Below are positions 60,348 to 64,000 of a stretch of 64,000 nt of DNA, piece after piece. The notes under the pieces were generated by a model. That model ran no database searches. It saw nothing but the letters and a program-made list of their open reading frames with translations, and had not been told where the DNA came from. Every line of letters begins with the position of its first letter. Position 1 is the stretch's first letter. A program made the translations under genes and the position numbers. The stretch comes from an uncultured Gammaproteobacteria bacterium (lineage in GTDB: Bacteria; Patescibacteriota; Patescibacteriia; S139-126): positions 519,646 to 583,645 of the forward strand of contig CAZUKA010000001.1 of assembly GCA_964620905.1 (NCBI GenBank), in the 5' to 3' direction.

Positions 60348-60615
60348 AAAAATGACTCCTTCCGATAAGAAAAGAGTTTTAAATATTTAATTTAAGCTAG
60401 TGAAATTAACACAATTTGTGTAAAATTAGCTAAATATTCAACTTACTAAAACACGATGTCGTAACTTTAACAAAAAACTTGTTGTAAGTCAAGTTTTTGA
60501 TACTAAAATAAAAATAATGTCAACACTATAATTTTTTGGCTATTTTTAGATAAAAAAATTAAATTGCTATAATACCTTTAAAATCTCAACTAACACCTTG
60601 TCCACAACACAAAAG

Positions 60616-61872
60616 TTAAAAATTAGACAATGTTTCTTTAACTACCACTCTATCATCCCAAGGTTGTTTTCCTTGTCTAGTTATTATTGCTTGTTCACTG
60701 CCCTTACCAGTTATCACTACCACATCCCCCGGAAGGGCTAGTTGTAAAGCCTGATTGATTGCTTGCCGGCGATCAATGATTTTATAAATTTCCACACTAG
60801 GAAAACCAACCGTACCCTGAAATATTTCATCAACAATTTTTTCTGGATCTTCATCATACGGATCTTCATTGGTAAGAATAACTACTTGTGCGTATCTTGC
60901 GGCAATTTCACCAAGTAAAGGTCTTTTGGCTTTATCACGTCCACCACCACATGAGCCTAGTACAGCAAGTAAACGTTTAGCTTTGGGTCGTAAGGTAGTA
61001 TAAACTGCCTCTAAACTTTCCGGGGTGTGAGCATAATCAACATAAACAACAAAATCTCGAGGAGAAATAATTTTTTCCATACGACCTGGCATATAATTGA
61101 AATTTTGTAGCGCCTGACTTATATCCGCCCAATTGATATGCAAAGCTTTGGCAGTTGCCACCGCAGCCATAGCATTATAAACATTAAATAAACCTGGCAA
61201 ACTTGTTTGCAACATATGTCCTTTAACTTCAAATTGATAACCATTTTCAGTTTCTTTTAAATTGACTGGAAAATAATCTGTTTCTGTTTGCAGTGCATAA
61301 TAAATATACTGCCTGGCCGGAATATCTTTATAAAAAGAAAAATTTTCATCATCTTTATTTAAAATACTAATAGACAAACCTGTCAGACCTCTAAACAGTT
61401 CAGCCTTAGCCTCACGATAATTGGCAAAACTGCCGTGTGACTCAATATGCTCCGGTGATAAATTGGTAAACACTCCAATCTGATAACGCACTCCCCAGTG
61501 ACGATACTGCTTGATACCTTCGGATGAAGTTTCAATCACTGCAAACCGGCAACCTTGATTAATCATCTGTCGCAATAATTTTTGTAAACGCAATCTTCCA
61601 GGCATAGTCATCTTGGTGTCATTGATCCAGGCCTGATCGCCAATACGAAAGTTGGCAGTAGTAACAAGCCCAACTTTATTACCCGCTTGTGTTAAAATCT
61701 GCCAAATCATATTGGCGGTAGTTGACTTACCTTTAGTACCAGTTACACCAACAACCACCAAGCGTCGTGAGGGAAACCAATAAATAATATTAGCCAGTAC
61801 TGCCAATGACTTATGATAAAAAATAATTATACCTGGGGGTAAAAATTTTTTTATCTTTTTCTTCCAACTCAT
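60616..61872 (-). CDS. Mur ligase family protein (MurE-like, short).
   Basis: P-loop VGVTGTKGKSTT. Middle-domain motif DYAHTPESL. 418 aa. Confidence 0.7.
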   Translation of the reverse strand: MSWKKKIKKFLPPGIIIFYHKSLAVLANIIYWFPSRRLVVVGVTGTKGKSTTANMIWQILTQAGNKVGLVTTANFRIGDQAWINDTKMTMPGRLRLQKLLRQMINQGCRFAVIETSSEGIKQYRHWGVRYQIGVFTNLSPEHIESHGSFANYREAKAELFRGLTGLSISILNKDDENFSFYKDIPARQYIYYALQTETDYFPVNLKETENGYQFEVKGHMLQTSLPGLFNVYNAMAAVATAKALHINWADISQALQNFNYMPGRMEKIISPRDFVVYVDYAHTPESLEAVYTTLRPKAKRLLAVLGSCGGGRDKAKRPLLGEIAARYAQVVILTNEDPYDEDPEKIVDEIFQGTVGFPSVEIYKIIDRRQAINQALQLALPGDVVVITGKGSEQAIITRQGKQPWDDRVVVKETLSNF

Positions 61873-62038
61873 ATTAATTATAAATATTTTAGTCTTAATT
61901 CTTAATTTATTATTCTAAATTCTGAATTCTTAGCAGGAAACTAAATCTTGCATTAACTAAGCTAAGCTTGGTGCTCCCGGCAAGAATAGAATTTGCGACT
62001 CTACTTCTACTCTCTCACCTTTCCCGCCTGCCATAGCC

Positions 62039-62113
62039 TGGTGTCCCCGATAGGAATCGAACCCATATCTCGAGCTCCGGAAGCTCGCATTCTATCCGTT
62101 GAACTACGGGGAC
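62039..62113 (-). tRNA. tRNA-Arg (CCG), CCA encoded.
   Basis: Acceptor gtccccg/cggggac. Anticodon stem cgagc/gctcg with loop ttCCGga. T-loop ttcgatt. Confidence 0.8.
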
Positions 62114-62159
62114 AACGGGTCATGGCAGACAGGTATTTTATTAACTATGTGAGCTATTT

Positions 62160-62918
62160 TTAACTCGGTTTGATACCGTAAACACTAAATAAATTATTGG
62201 TAGAAATAAAATCTTCTACTTTCTGTATATCTTCCGGACGACCAAAATCAAGCCAATATTTTTTTAAATTTTTAATTTTAACTTTTTTTTGTTGAGCTAA
62301 CAAAGAAATCGCATCAGTGATTTGATATTCACCATTGGCTGCTGGACCAATCTGGTCAGTTATGGAATAAATCTCTGGTAAAAATTTATATATGCCAGCA
62401 TTAATAATATTAGATACTGGATTGGCTACTTTTTCATCAATCCGAAGTAAAAAATTATCTGATTCGGAAACCAAAGTACCATACTGACTAGGATCGGTTA
62501 CCTGCAAACCTCCAATATAGTTGTAATCGTCAGTTGCATTTGCGAAATCACGCAAATCTTCCAAGGCGTATAGGTTATCACCCATTACCACTACAAAAGG
62601 CTCATTGTCAATAACACTACGAACTGCTTGCAAGGGAATCAAGGTGCCATACTTATTCTCGCCCATGACTGCAAACTGATTCACCATACAAAAAATAGGA
62701 AATTCATCACGATAAGCAGCCAAAAAATCATCAAACTGATGTGATAAATAGCCAGTCACCATAATTACCTCCTGAAAACCAACGGCTTTAAGATTGGTAA
62801 GTAAATAATACAAAAACGGTTTACCAAAAATCTCAATTAAGTGTTTGGGTTTGGTTTTTGACAAAGTCTGCATTCTGGTACCACGACCAGCCGCAAAAAT
62901 AACCACTTTTTTTATCAT
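62160..62918 (-). CDS. Sugar-phosphate nucleotidyltransferase (NTP_transferase family).
   Basis: N-terminal VIFAAGRGTRMQ (GxGTRx) signature. 252 aa. Confidence 0.75.
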   Translation of the reverse strand: MIKKVVIFAAGRGTRMQTLSKTKPKHLIEIFGKPFLYYLLTNLKAVGFQEVIMVTGYLSHQFDDFLAAYRDEFPIFCMVNQFAVMGENKYGTLIPLQAVRSVIDNEPFVVVMGDNLYALEDLRDFANATDDYNYIGGLQVTDPSQYGTLVSESDNFLLRIDEKVANPVSNIINAGIYKFLPEIYSITDQIGPAANGEYQITDAISLLAQQKKVKIKNLKKYWLDFGRPEDIQKVEDFISTNNLFSVYGIKPS

Positions 62919-63973
62919 AAAAATCGTTTAGCTAACTGATAAATCTTATACCACATCTTATCATAAACCCAATCCCAAGCACCAACATAGTTTACTTCCT
63001 GACCACCAAAACCTTTCTTAAACCGCGTGATACCTTGCCACTGATTCTCCCGATCATGCGCCGTCAATGTTCTTTGAGCTGGTTTAACACCATAGAGATC
63101 ATACTTGGTATAACCATAAGTCCTAATTTGATTCATCACTTGCCAGTGTAATAAATATGGCGCCATTATTTCTTTTTTTTCTTGGCTTGATGCACCATGC
63201 AAATAAACTGCTCGATCACCAAAAAAAGAAAATAGACCGGCCGCCAAAATATTTTTGTTTTGGCAGGCAAAAAACAATTTGATTGTTAGTTTCAACTGAT
63301 CGGCAATATCTGTTTGACCAAATATATTTAACATCTGCCGATAATAATTATCTGAATGAATGCGAAAACCGTCACGACGTGCGGTTATTTTCAATAATTG
63401 TAAAAAATTATCAAGCTCGTCAGGTTGTTCAGCTAGCTTCACTGTAACTCCGTGACGTTCAGCTAAACGAATATTATATCTAGTTTTGGGATGCATGCCT
63501 GACAATAACTCTGCTGGATCTCTATTTAAATCTATTATCTGTGTATCTTGTGGTTGAACGGCATTTGTTTTTTTTAGTCCCAAATTGAAAAAAAAGTTTC
63601 CTAAATCTTCCTTAGTTAAACGCGGTTCCAAACGAAAAAAAAATTCGTGTCTTTGTGCTGTAGCAATTGTAATATCTCTGGCCTTAGATAAAAAAAGTTT
63701 GATAATTTTTTCTTTTCGCTCGTCACTCAACTGCCGAGTAAAAACCGGACCGTGTGGCGCATACAAATAAGCGCGACTAAATGGTAAATTGTGTAAAATA
63801 ATTTGGGCAGAAGCCAATAACTCACTTTGATCATAAACACCAAAACGCCAGACCTTATGTCCTTGACTGGCTTGAAAATCTCCCCACTCCCAACTTTGTA
63901 AAAATTGACCACCCCAAGCAGTCGCGACAAAATTGTTGAGTTCTACCGGTGAAGTGATTAGTCTGACCTCCAT
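62915..63973 (-). CDS. FemAB-family peptidoglycan peptide-bridge aminoacyltransferase-like protein.
   Basis: 352 aa. Conserved FemAB-like C-terminal block (YLHGASSQEKKEIMAPYLLHWQVMNQIRTYGYTKYDLYGV). Adjacent to cell-wall genes. Confidence 0.65.
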   Translation of the reverse strand: MEVRLITSPVELNNFVATAWGGQFLQSWEWGDFQASQGHKVWRFGVYDQSELLASAQIILHNLPFSRAYLYAPHGPVFTRQLSDERKEKIIKLFLSKARDITIATAQRHEFFFRLEPRLTKEDLGNFFFNLGLKKTNAVQPQDTQIIDLNRDPAELLSGMHPKTRYNIRLAERHGVTVKLAEQPDELDNFLQLLKITARRDGFRIHSDNYYRQMLNIFGQTDIADQLKLTIKLFFACQNKNILAAGLFSFFGDRAVYLHGASSQEKKEIMAPYLLHWQVMNQIRTYGYTKYDLYGVKPAQRTLTAHDRENQWQGITRFKKGFGGQEVNYVGAWDWVYDKMWYKIYQLAKRFL

Positions 63974-64000
63974 TTATTTACCCAAAAGTTTAAGAATTTG

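Overview
This is an AT-rich bacterial chromosome segment of roughly 30-35% GC. Most of it is housekeeping: rpoB and rpoC, the dnaG-rpoD operon, groES-groEL preceded by a perfect CIRCE operator, uvrA and uvrC, trpS, RNase J, secG, sodA, fpg, ppsA, Mur ligase and FemAB cell-wall genes, and thiol-disulfide/CcdA proteins. There are five tRNA genes: Asn-GTT, Ser-GGA, Ser-TGA, Leu-CAG and Arg-CCG. The small-genome, hypothetical-rich gene content would fit a Patescibacteria/CPR-like organism, but that is inference only.

The standout feature is a GC-richer, roughly 12.8 kb integrative element at about 7963-20744. It sits in the 3' end of tRNA-Asn and is bounded by a 21-nt direct repeat of that 3' end. 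It encodes a large serine recombinase, an iteron-like repeat cluster, and a tightly packed eight-gene plus-strand operon: an excisionase-family HTH protein, Type III R-M Mod and Res, two uncharacterised proteins of 304 and 812 aa with overlapping stop and start, a small acidic protein, TspO/MBR, and a PH-like membrane protein. The 304 aa plus 812 aa pair directly downstream of the Type III R-M genes is the best candidate here for an undescribed defence or accessory module.

A second, roughly 1.3 kb degenerate islet follows at 20745-22016. It is bounded by 45-nt direct repeats that carry the tRNA 3' end plus a terminator.

Other notable items are two tandem paralogues that carry only a C-terminal PEP-utilising phosphohistidine swivel domain, a duplicated 27-nt promoter, a highly structured 254-nt spacer between the two tRNA-Ser genes, and a standalone Cys-rich small protein. 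No CRISPR array was seen.
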